Shown here: one piece after another, positions 14,340 through 25,756 of the stretch | How positions within the stretch are numbered: position 1 is the first letter of the stretch | Layout: each line of letters opens with the position of its first letter | From: Squalus acanthias | Taxonomy: Eukaryota | Direction: 5' to 3' | Length of the DNA: 64,000 bases | NCBI GenBank assembly: GCA_030390025.1 | Contig: JASTWF010000326.1 | Location: 62,001-126,000, forward strand | Notes under the pieces: generated by a model | What the model saw: the letters and a program-made list of their open reading frames with translations, nothing else | What the model was told of the DNA's origin: nothing | Databases searched by the model: none | Program-made: the position numbers and the translations under genes

Positions 14340-14743
14340 CTTATTCCTGTTCCTTGGACTCTAAAACAATCACAGTCTGACACTCAAAAGATGTACTGAA
14401 CACAGTAGATAAATTAAAATGCAATAGCTGGCATGTATGTGAGAATAAATGAACGCAACGGTCTTAAAATTATCCCCATTTTTATCTTTGCAGGAATGGG
14501 ATGTTAGATTATCAAAGTCTTTTCACCTTAGTTATGTTCTGTTCTGTTCAAGAAAAGTGTTTTTTTTAAACCTATTAAGTGTGTATTCTTAAGTTATTAC
14601 GTGATAATTGGTGCATTTTCTTCATTTAAAAATAAGTAGCAAAGTTTCCCCATTTCTGATCATGAGCAGCACCTCTCACAGTGGTGAGTGATCCTGGCTT
14701 TGTTCCAGTTGGATTTCTTCCTCATGAAATTAGATAATCTCAC

Positions 14744-14846
14744 TCAGCAGAAAATAGCCAATCACTGCATGTCTACACTAATGATCAATTTTCATATTCC
14801 TCAAGGTTCGAACAAGGTCTTAAATCACCATTTCTTGCAAAGGGTC
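14744..14846 (-). pseudogene. Exon remnant (REJ region)
   Basis: ctttacttcag|; SNLEEYEN*SLV*TCS resembles PKD1 DPNLEDGDQTPLSFHWAC, with TAG at the Trp position. Confidence 0.4.
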
Positions 14847-14998
14847 CTGAAGTAAAGGCAATAACTCAGAAGGTTCAAGCAATTGTTGCACGCATTGTTC
14901 ACAAACCCCACATTGTTAACTGTGACCTGACCCTTATTAATGTCTTCAACAAAAGGATGTTGACTTTTTTAGGTTGGAGATGGCAATTTATTAATCAA

Positions 14999-15727
14999 AA
15001 TACCACTGATACTGGAAATCTGAAATAAAAACAGAAACATGCTGGAAATACTCAGGACAGGCAGCATCTGTGGAGAGAGAAACAGAGTATGCTGTATTCA
15101 CTGCTCATGATGCGGTCTCTATATTGAGACCAAACGCAGATTAGGTGACTGCTTTGCGGAATACCTCTGTTCAGTCCGCAAGCGTGACACCGAGCTTCCG
15201 GTCGCCTGTCACTTTAATTCTCCACCCCACTCCCATTCTGACCTCGGCCTCCTACACTGTTCCCATGAAGCTCAACGTAAGCTCGAGGAACAGCACCTTG
15301 TCTTTCTATTAGGCACTTTACAGCCTTCTGGACTCAAATTGAGTTCAACAATTTCAGATCATAACCTCTGCCCCCATTTTTAATCGGACAGCAGCTGTTG
15401 CTGATGATTCTGATCTTCCCATTTACATCTCCTCTAGACCCATCTTTTGTTTCTTTACTTGTCCCATTACCATCTGCTTTCACCTTGCACCATTATCCCT
15501 TTTGTCATTTAATCTCTCCTGCCTGCCACCCTATTACAGACCTTCCCTTTTGTTCGTTCCTCTCCTCCCCTCCCCCCTTTTCCTGCCTCTGTACTTGCTT
15601 AAAACCTGTTACATCTCTAACTTTTTCCCAGTTCTGACAAAAGGTCATCGACCTGAAGCATTAACATTGTTTCTCTCTCCACAGATGCTGCCTGCTGAGT
15701 ATCATCAGCATTTTCTGTTTTTAGTCA
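14999..15727 (+). mobile_element. Penelope-like element fragment: GIY-YIG C-terminus, inverted terminal copy, decayed hammerhead
   Basis: YIETKRRLGDCFAE...PVACHFNS...RKLEEQHL..LGTLQPSGL; arms ~15024-15088 and 15663-15722 are reverse complements; flanking ATTAATCAA direct repeat. Confidence 0.85.
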
Positions 15728-15854
15728 ATTAATCAAGTTCAGTGCCAGATTGTTTGAATGTGGATCATTGATCAGGTAAAGCTGAGTCAGAAATCTAAGT
15801 CCTAGAAGGGAATTAGGGAAAGTTCCATGACTTGACAACAGCTACCAAGATAAT

Positions 15855-16480
15855 GGGCTGGAAATTGCGATTAGAGGTGCACCTCCGGAGTACGCCACTG
15901 ACTGGCGAAACCTTTACGACCCTACCTCCAGGCGCCCAGGCTGCGTAGAGTTGCGGTCTCAGGCCTCCGGTTCAAAAGAGCCCCTGCGATCATGTGAGAA
16001 AGGAGGAGTCCATTGCAATCATTTACAAAGGGAATCCCTTAATGATATGCAATGGAATCCCCAAATAATTATACAATTTACAGAATTCTAATGATTATAA
16101 ATGTACTGAATTGCAATTTTATTCATTACTCCCTTCATTGCACCAACCTCAAAAAATTAAATTTTTTGATAAATAATTTTAAACATCTTAATATTAGGCC
16201 AATATTTGCATAAACTCATTTAGAGTGTATGTGCATAATTTTTGTTTTTTAAATCTAATTTAAGGCTTATATATACCCTTACACTGATGAAAGCAGGCCC
16301 TAGAGTTTTGTGGACAACTGCTGGGCAAATGGCCCAACTCTGCACCAGCAATAGTGTTTCCATGCAGATTAGATGAACTGTCAAGGCCTACCTTGACAGA
16401 TCGCAAGTTCCGGATTTCGCACATGCGCTACTGGAAGTTGCGGGGCCTTTCAAATGGATTATGACGGCGTACTCAGGGCC
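15855..16480. mobile_element. Non-autonomous PIF/Harbinger-like element
   Basis: Starts GGGCTGGAAATTGCG, ends CAGGGCC, AAT on both sides; similar to the copy at 39076. Confidence 0.6.
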
Positions 16481-16753
16481 AATGTAAAAATGGAACTGCA
16501 AATGCTAACTGCTTTAATATGGGCTGTAAGCACGTATTTGAATATGATAGCTTAAGGAATTGCAAACTTGTGCATCAAAAACCATAGTCCTGCACTCTCC
16601 CAGATATAACCAAGCAAAAATATTCTAGGGAAGACGGAGGCTTTTATAAAGGAGTGTCACTGTATTTGCATTGTCCCTACTGTAAGAGGACAAGAAAGCT
16701 AATGCAGCATTACATGAATCTTTTTGATTTGACTGTGATAGTGCCTACTCATT

Positions 16754-17511
16754 GGGCCAAAAATTCGGCTCTTCCCGGGTGAGTACGGACTGTGTACTCA
16801 CCCGTAAGGCGTCCTGAAGTGCCGGTTTCCTGCATGCACTGCGCATGCGCGGGAAACCGGAACTTCCGGTCTGGTGAAGGGGGCGGTTCATAGGTGAACC
16901 GCGTGCGCGGTAGAGGCTGCGCGCACGCAGCAAACTTATTTTTTTTCAGGTTTCTATGGGAGGGTAAGTATTGAAGAACCTACGCTTTTAAAAAGGAGGC
17001 GCAGGACCCGTTTTCAACAAGCTAAGTGGTTAATTAAGTATCATTTAAAAAAAATTTCAACAGGTTTATCTTTTTTAGATACTTTAAAGAAAGGTAAGTT
17101 TATTTTTAGCACTGTTAAAAAGTATTTTAATTTTTTCAAAAATGTAAATTTTTGTTTAAAGTAGTTAATTTATTTAACTTATAGTTATTTTATAAATGTG
17201 ATGGTTTAAAAAAAAATATTTGCAGTTTAGCTGTTTTTTGGGGCCGATTTCAATTCATAGATTTGACAGGTCCTGTCAAATCTATGAATGAAAGATGGTC
17301 TGCTGCCATTGGCTCTCCATGGCCCACGTGATCCCAGGGGACGCATCGCACTAACTACGCCCCTGGGACACGCAAGCACTGCGCGCCAGCACTTGGAGCA
17401 GACCCAGGAGCTGAAGTTCCCGTGGGCCCAGAGGTCAACGGCAGGCGCGGTAGGTAAGTGCGCGCACGATCCTTACCCCCGCGGCAAGCCGGAGAGGCGA
17501 ATTTCAGGGCC
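16754..17511. mobile_element. PIF/Harbinger-like MITE
   Basis: TIR GGGCCAAAAATTCG / rc GGCCCTGAAATTCG; 3-bp TSD ATT; CpG-rich internal palindromes. Confidence 0.8.
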
Positions 17512-17756
17512 ATTATTAGCATTACCCAACTTAAAAAAAAAATTAACTGGTCATTTATCTTACTGCTACTATTTGTGGGGCTTTGGTGTTTACAAATTGG
17601 CTACCATGTTTGCTTATAAAGCAGCGACTACATCCCAAAAAATAATGAATTGTGTGTGAAGCACTTTCAGATATCTGGAGAATGTGAAAGCCACAATACA
17701 AATTCCGTCTTTCTTTGTTACAGTCTCCATCTTCATCTCAACAATAGTACCCAGAA

Positions 17757-18790
17757 CATTTTTTTTTATATATCCGTTCCTGGAATGTGGGCGTCGCTGG
17801 CAAGGCCAGCATTTATTGCCCATCCCAAACTGCCCTTGAGAAGGTGGTGGTGAGCCGCCTTCTTGAACCGCTGCAGTCCGTGCAGTGAAGGTACTCCCAC
17901 ATTGCTGTTAGGGAGGGAGTTCCAGGATTTTGACCCAGCGACGATGAAGGAACGGCAATACACTTCCAAGTCAGGATGGTGTGACTTGGAGAGGAACTTG
18001 CAGGTGGTGGTGTTCCCATGCGCCTGCTGCCCTTGCCTTTCTAGGTGGTAGAGGTCACAGGTTTGGGAGGTGCTGTCGAAGAAGCCTTAGCGAGTTGCTG
18101 CAGTGCATCTTGCAGCTGGTACACACTGCAGCGGTGGTGGAGGGAGTGAATGTTTAAGGTGGTGGATGGGGTGCCAATAAAGCTGGCTGCTTTGTCCTGG
18201 ATGGTGTCGAACTTCTTGAGTGTTGTTGGAGCTGCATTCATCCAGGCAAGTGGAGAATATTACATCACAGGAGATAGTCATTGCCTGAAACTTGTGTGGC
18301 GCAAATGTTACTTGCCACTTATCAGCCCAAGCCTAAATGTCATCAAGGTCATGCTGCATTCAGGTATGGCCTGCTTCATTATCTGAGGAGTTGCAAATAG
18401 AACTTAACACTGTGCAATCATCAGCGAACATCCCCACTTCTGACCTTATGATGGAGGGAAGGTCATTGATGAAGCAGCTGATGATGGTTGGACCTAGGTT
18501 ACTGCCCTGAGGAACTCCTGCAGTGATGTGGGGCTGAGATGATTAACCTCCAACAATCACCTTCCTTTGTACTAGGTATGGCTCAAGCCAGTGGAGTGTT
18601 CTCCCCGATTCCCATTGACTTCAATTTTACTTGGGCTCCTTGATCCAACACTCAGTCAAATGCTGTCTTGATGTCAAGGGCAGTCACTCTCCTCACCTCT
18701 AGGATTCAGCTCTTTTGTCCATGTTTGGACCAAGGCTGTAATGAGGTCTGGAGCGGAGTGGTCCTGGCAGAACCCTAACTGATCATCAGT
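17757..18790 (-). mobile_element. CR1-clade LINE family B, 3' part
   Basis: QRFKKAAHHHLLKG, TIQDKAA..IGTPS, RT PQG region; similar to the 29243 copy. Confidence 0.9.
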
Positions 18791-19128
18791 TTGTTGCTGC
18801 AGTTATTAAGTTTCCGAAAGAAACAAAAAATGCCAGTTTGGCATCTACAAAACCTTCAACATGATCCAATAATAGCATTTCTTTATAATTAGAAGAGCTA
18901 CAGAAAATTGTTAGAAGCCAACTATGGCTAGACTACATGAATAAAGGTTGGGGGTTTTGAATTAAGGCTCCACTCTGCGGATGTAATGTTCATACCCAAA
19001 CTTCATTTATTTCAATATATGAATATCTGATTCCTAAAATTGATCTCTCTAAGTTCAAGTCTCATCATCTTCATTTAGACAGCAGTCATATTTTAAACAT
19101 TATACAACTTTATGGAGTTCTGACTTAC

Positions 19129-19324
19129 TTAAAGGAAAGGTTTACTCAAAATGAACACATCGCAAGGACTCTGTTCAGCCATGCACATAAATAATATGTG
19201 CAGGACTTCAAAAGATTCAATTGTCTTTGTACAATACAATGTGGAAAAAGGCAAGAACAATTTATTTTCCTGATCAGATGAATACACTCCTTGTAGCAGC
19301 TTATGCTGAAAGTGAATGTTTGGC
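19129..19324 (-). pseudogene. Exon remnant (REJ region) ending in a premature stop
   Basis: ttctttccag| ... CTT TAA|gtaagt; KLFLPFSTL resembles the REJ L.LP..AL motif. Confidence 0.5.
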
Positions 19325-19711
19325 CTGGAAAGAAAGTATGTCATGTACTGCATATTCTAAAGCAGTTCCATTGGATTGGATCTGACATCAGGAGTAGGTG
19401 TTACTTTTGACAGTGAGCGTTTGATCTGACATCTGAGAATGAGAGTTGGGTGGAAAATGATAGCGGAATCATCACCTACATCCCAACAAACACAGTTGCA
19501 CTATTTTGCTTGGAATTTGGATACCTTGACCTCTATTCAACAATGCCAGGACTGATATGATGAAAATATCACCCATTTTCAAATTACAAGGCAATTTTCA
19601 GCTGTTTCTCTCCCATCTTCCTTTAGCAAGAACATACCCGATTTTAACAAGTAATAAGCCCTTAATAATTTTTTTTCCTCCACTTTCATTATTCGCAGCT
19701 TAGAACTTTAC

Positions 19712-19921
19712 TTATGGAAGTAAAACACAGGTGAAATTTTTTTTTTCCACAGCAAACTTCCTTCATCATTCCTTACCGAATTACTATTTCTTTTTGAATA
19801 CTTTAAACCAAGAGGAAAATATCCTTCAACATCTGAATACTCATTCTTATCCTGCTGGTCATTTTGTTTTGCTTTTTCAATTATAGATGAGAAATCTGTT
19901 GCATTAAACAATTCATCATAA
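19712..19921 (-). pseudogene. Exon remnant (REJ region)
   Basis: Acceptor cattttggag|; open frame YDELFNATDF...LLWKKKISPVFYFH; donor AA|gtaaag in phase with the next exon. Confidence 0.45.
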
Positions 19922-20692
19922 CTCCAAAATGATAAGAGGATAGACACAGTAAATTTCTTTTTACTACTATACAATCATTTATGACTAACTTAGGAACTGG
20001 AATCGGCTAAGATGTTTACACATACAGGAAGTGATATCTTTTATATGCAATTTATGCTATAAACTAGTGATACAGTCTTAACCAAGGACATAAAACAGTT
20101 TTATCACTTTAATTGATGCTGGTTTCAGAAAATTAAACTAGAACAGCAGCCAAGTAATTGTTTGGCTTCAATATAAAGCACATAATTATTGAAGAGCTGC
20201 ATCGAATTACATGACTAAAAAAGATGTTGCACTACAATTGTCAATCCACACCTGTGTTGCTGCAAACTAATTTAATATAGATGAACATTCATTCATCATT
20301 TCCTTTTAAATCAGGGATGGTGAATTGGGTATATTATGAATATCACTTTATAATTACATCTTTAGTCCTAATAGTACTCAATTTTATTAGATTTTAAAAA
20401 GACACTTCACTTTATCAAAATTATGAATGAAATAAAAGACTGCCTTTGTTAGCAGTTGGCATCCCATTGGTACTGCCAATCAAAACTGCAGCTCGCAGTT
20501 GATACAGTTTGCCTACTCTAATAAACAAGATTTTTTTGGTTCAATCAGAACAAAACTGGAGTATTATGAAGCTTTGGAAAATTTTGGTTAGGATCAATCC
20601 CATCCTGCTGTCAGGTGATTTGTCGGGACGAACAAATTTGATCCAGGCAAATTGTCAGGAGGTGAAATTGGTCTTGGGTGGTAGTGCACAGA

Positions 20693-21490
20693 AATAACTT
20701 GCAGTTATATAGCTCCTGTAACATAGTAAAAACGTCCCAAAGCGCTTCACAGAAGCGTTATCAGACAAAATTTGACACTGAGCCACATGGAGCTATTGGG
20801 ACAGGTGACCAAAAGCTTGGTCAAAGAGGTAGGCTTCAAGGAGCAGCTTAAAGGGAGAGAGGTGGAGAGGTTTAGAGAGAGAATTCCAGTGCTTCGGGCC
20901 TAGGCAGCTGAATGCACGGCCGCCAACGGTGAAGCGATGAAAATCAGGAATGCGCCAAGTGGCCAGAATTGGAGGAGCGCAGAGATTGCGCAGGGTTTTA
21001 AAGGCTGGAGGAGGCTACAGAGATGGGGAGGGCCAAGGCCATGGAGGAATTTGAACGCAAGGAGTAGAATTTTAAAATTGGGGCATTGTCAGACTGGGAA
21101 CAAATGTAGGTCAGCGAGCACAGGGGTGCTGGGTGAACAGGTCTTGGTGCGAGTTAGGATACATGTAGCAGAGTTTTGGATGAGCTAAGGTTTACGGAGG
21201 GTGGAAGATGGGAGGACAGCCAGGAGAGCATTGGAATAGTCAAGTCTGGAGGTAACTAAGGCATGAATGAGGGTTTCAGCAGCTGAAGCAAGGGCAGAGA
21301 CGGGTGATATTACAAAGGTGGAAGTAGGCGCTCTTGGTGATGGAGAGGATATGGAGTCGGAAGCTCAGTTCAGGGTTAAATAGAACGCTGAGGATGTGAA
21401 CAGTCGGATTCCGCCTGAGGCAGTTGCCAGGGAGGGGGATGGAAATGGTGGCTAGGGACCGGAGTTTGTGGCGGGACCGAAGACAATGGA
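20693..21490 (-). mobile_element. L2 LINE 3' part
   Basis: Reverse-complement similarity to the 13906 and 37520 L2 copies. Confidence 0.8.
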
Positions 21491-21653
21491 CGACAGCGAA
21501 TCAACAGCCTATTTTACATCCCGCCCAAGATCAATTTCACCCCTTCACTAGTGCAAAGGGTTCAAATATCCAGAAATACAAGTTAAATTTAGGAAGTTCA
21601 GAATAATATAGGAAGTCAAGTGTACCACTTTCAGCTGAAGGTTAATGCAGTTG

Positions 21654-21724
21654 GGGAATAAGTCGTCAGGGAAGTGGATAGTATAATGGGAATAAGTCGT
21701 CAGGGAAGTGGATAGTATAATGGG
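21654..21724 (+). repeat. Perfect 34-bp tandem duplication in a decayed CR1 3' fragment
   Basis: gggaataagtcgtcagggaagtggatagtataat x2. Confidence 0.95.
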
Positions 21725-22169
21725 TACAAGAAACAATTAGATGTATTTCTGGAACAAGAAGGGATATAGCGAGACTCGTGACATTTTCAGGTTTCTAGAA
21801 ATGTCTCTAGTTCTCATCACAAAACACTGCTGACCATGTGACAATTAATTGCATTTTTCAAAGCACCCCACTCTTAGTGAGAAACAACAAACATATGCAC
21901 TAACAAACATGGTGATGATATTAGTCTTATTGTTCAGAAAGCACCCAGTAACACAGAAGTTCACTCTGCACTTTCTTCAAGTTAAAAAGGAAGGAAAAAC
22001 AGATTGTATTTATTTTGTGCCTCACACATTCTCAGGATGCTCCAAAGTGCTTCACAGCCAATGAATTGGTTTGAAGTCACTGCTGTTTTGTAGGATGCAC
22101 TCAATAACCACCTAAACATCCATTTAACCGATCCACATCATACACAATGGACCAATTCAGCTATGGATT

Positions 22170-22400
22170 GTGCCATTTTGTGTGATAATGGAGGTCGATT
22201 GCAGAACATTCAAACTTCTTTACTGAAGACCACCTACAAGTTATAATTGACAAAGTGAGGTCCCAACAAATTGCTCTCAGGTTCCAATCCCTCAACAGCT
22301 GCATGGGCAACAAAGGCTGTTGTTACCTACAAGCTGCACCTGAAAGGATATCCAGAAGTTGGTATCTGACCTGAAGAAAGTGCAAAGATGAGGAATTAGG
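22170..22400 (+). mobile_element. Myb/SANT-like ORF remnant of a Harbinger element
   Basis: EVDCRTFKLL...T*KDIQKLVSDLKKVQ resembles the SANT motif RTW..C.KKW.DLK. Confidence 0.4.
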
Positions 22401-23414
22401 ATGAATGTGAATACGCTGACACTTCCATTTATGGGTGTACATGGCAGGCACTGGACTTTTTACATACAGTGTAGCAAGCTTCAATTGATCTAGCAATCTG
22501 CTGGTACTGCAACAGAAAGAGAACTGCTGAATACTGTTGAGAGATATTAGACAGGGCTAGAAGGGGAAACATAGAAAGATGTAAGCAAAGAAGATTGATG
22601 ACTACATATCGTTATGCCTACTACTAGAAATCCCAATGTACTCAAGTCAGCTATTAGAAATTCATCTAAATGGTACTTTATGTTTAATTAAACAATGTAT
22701 TAGGTCATATATAACATGCTGCAGCTTAAACTCGCGATATAATCTCCACTGATTCAATTCATATTGTTCTTCTTGCAGAAGACGTTGACCTGCAACCAAA
22801 GTCAACACACAGAACAGACTAAGCCCTTTATCTGCCTCAGAAGACGATAATGGAGGCCTGAGGATGGGAGTCGTTAAAGAGCTTGGATGATCGCCAAAGT
22901 GGAGATGAAGAACACATTTCTGTTGGTTTGTACAATTATACTCCTACGCTGTAACTGTACAAGTGAATTGGAGTTTCAGCTGATGTAAAAGAATGACTGT
23001 GATGCATCATTAAAACGTCATTTACTCTGACACTGACATCTAGTACGAAGCACATGTACTCATTGCACATCTTGTCTGTTTTCACAGACACACCTGAAAT
23101 CCAGGAGCACCACAATGGTCAGTCAAGACATGTTGCATTACCAACATAACTTGAAGCAGACACCAGCTTTTAAAATCAAAAGACATCAGACCAAAAAACT
23201 TCAGATGATTTCACTAATTTAGAGGAAAAAACAGATTGACGAGGAAACTCAGGGCGAGTCAATCAAGAGTATGATCATTATTGAAAATCATCTGGAATTA
23301 GTACCTGGTACATCAGTCTTCTATGTTGTCTTGCTGGCACCAATAATCAAAAGCTTTTGGCATTGTCACCTCCTTTCTCTGCCACGTCTGTGTTAATCTG
23401 GTCATCAACAAGGA

Positions 23415-24920
23415 TGTTCGTTATGGAGCATGTAGCAGATGACAATAATTCTGGTGTCAGGGGAGGGGGGATATGTACTGTAAGGTTTTCCTCAACTGGA
23501 CCAGACTTGTGAAGCACAACCTAGTTATCACTGGTATACCAGTAATTTTGGTTGTAACATTAGCTTTGTTTTATCTATGCTCTGCTTTTGTCCTTGCTTG
23601 TTCCATGGTTATCATAAAACACAGCTGCATGGAGTACCATATTGCTCCATTATAACCCTTTCAAATAAGGATGGCACAGATGACTTCCTTAAAATGGAGA
23701 CATTGTAAAAGCCCCCAGGAAGCAGGCATTGACCTGTATGATACTGTGCTGCAGGCCAGATATCATGCTCACAGAGATTTAAAAAACCCTTTCAGATCAT
23801 ATACAACACAACATGGAGGCATCAGTGACTTTTGGGACTCTGGGAAAACCAATAGTTCTGAGGCATTGGCCCAGATTTTGCAGTGAAAATAAGGGTGAGG
23901 ATATCAGCGCTCACCATTATTAAGGAGTAAATCAGAAAGCAACTTCCAGCAACCGCATTTGTGCAGTTAAGCACAGATATCAGGAAGTTGCTGTCCGAGT
24001 TGCCCTACTCCTCCAGAAGCTTCTCTACACCGGTACCTCACCGAGATTTCAAACACATGAAGGGCATGAAGTTGGGGTACGTAAGTGCTAGAAGATACCC
24101 ACTAAACACGGCAGAAAATGTTGTACATTCAAGTATAAGTGAATTTTTAACGGTCTGATAAGTCTTCCTTACTGCTAAACTACCTCTCTGGCACTAAATT
24201 AACTTTTACAAGTCTCATTCCTTCAGATTTTAATTATTGTTGGAAATTTAAAAAAAATTAAAAATTAAACACAAATTTTATTTTTACTTTTTCCTTGTCT
24301 CTTATATCGCTCTCTTAATTCCATCATTCTTTCCCTCTCTATTTTGCTTTCTGTACATGGTTTTACATTGAATTAAATATTAAATTAAATAAACTTATAC
24401 TTCCTGGTTCAGACTGCGCGCTTCAGTAAAGGATTCTTCAATCTGATTGGTTAAGGGGATAAACAGTTGCTTGCCCTGTTCACATAGGTCCTGGATCCCA
24501 TTTAGAGGGTGCTGCGCTATTTCAGATTTCTAATCACCGTAAGTTCCAGTGCAAAAGCCCACAGAAAGTCTGTGGGCAAGTGTAAGTGTAATGAACGGCT
24601 GGCGCCATTTGTTCACCGCTGACTGCAAAATCCGAGCCATTGTGTTGCTCTTGCATGCTGCTGCTGGGCAGTGGAGAAAGGATAAAATTATAGGTCCTGC
24701 TGAATAATGCATCTGTTACATCCTTGATACATCTGTGGGCAGGAAACTGTCTCAAACGCTCGCCTGGAATCACCCATAACACACAAAAATTGCAGACTAG
24801 TCTGACTTTTGTCAGTCACTGGCACTCTGGTACAGATGTTACATGGAGATTTTCCTAAAAGGAGATGGCACAGCTCTGTCAATTCCTCCTTGCTCAACCT
24901 TAGCCTCCTTAGACACATGT
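23415..24920 (-). mobile_element. Decayed PIF/Harbinger (HARBI1-like) transposase, interrupted by a MITE
   Basis: Motifs in order: CLRRLRLSKEELTELCHLL, HRCIKDVTDALF, GFPRV, KGF, IQVNACF, ILRKSSVPSLF, RTKAEHR*N, RIIVICYMLHN. Confidence 0.8.
23868..24638. mobile_element. PIF/Harbinger-like MITE nested in the transposase
   Basis: 17-bp TIR GGCCCAGATTTTGCAGT / rc GGCTCGGATTTTGCAGT; TSD ATT. Confidence 0.85.
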
Positions 24921-25589
24921 CTAGTTATTACCAGGTAAGAACACATTGTATTGTATGGGAGACCCACTATGTAGCACAGCAGTGGGACTTGAATGTCATT
25001 ATTGCTAGCTGACAATGTTATCCCTGTAGTGATCAGAAACTTAAAAGTAAATTTCAATTTACTTAACTTTAAATGAAGACTCCAGCTTTCCTCTGCTTCC
25101 TCTTCCTTAATACCTGTTCCATCTATGGGAGATAAACACATCACACTGACTATGCTTTCCTGCAGCAGTATGGTGGGACCTCTCCTCAAGTGCCAAATAT
25201 GGCCTCTTAAATAGATAGCATATTTTGAGTCCATTAGCACTTGCACTTTCTTTTGACCCTCCAGCGATCTTGTTTGGGTCTCAACGTATTATATGCAAGC
25301 ACGGTTTTGCGCTCCTGACACTTTTCCCAGTCAATTCATTTGCCACCAGCATATTGCTTTATGCAACAGCAATTTCCAGTCTATATATTGTATCCCTACA
25401 AAACACCCAGGAAGCTGTCTGCTGAGTTGACCACCCAGTTGTGATCTCTTATGGCAGACAGGTGTTTACTCTGCAGACTGCCATTGAGCAACATACATCA
25501 TCGATGGCTTCTTCAAGGGACACCTCAGACATCTTATCTTTCATATGATTGCTCTCCCTACTGGTGGGCAAGGTGTTGCAGTGTCAATT

Positions 25590-25756
25590 GCAAGAAATGA
25601 TAAAGGCTAGCTTCTTACACATGGAGACAGATTCAGGATGATCCTGAAGATACAGATGACAAAAGCCTGATCCAGATTATAGTCACTCGGAGTGAAGTAG
25701 ATATCAAAAATGATTTTCTGAAATTGTGTGGACAGACATTGTTTTTATTCATGAAG
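25590..25756 (+). pseudogene. Annexin repeat-4 pseudogene fragment
   Basis: 25649-25756 DTDDKSLIQIIVTRSEVDIKNDFLKLCGQTLFLFMK matches the annexin pattern GTDD.TLIRI.V.RSE.D...IK..F...YG.SL..FIK. Confidence 0.75.
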
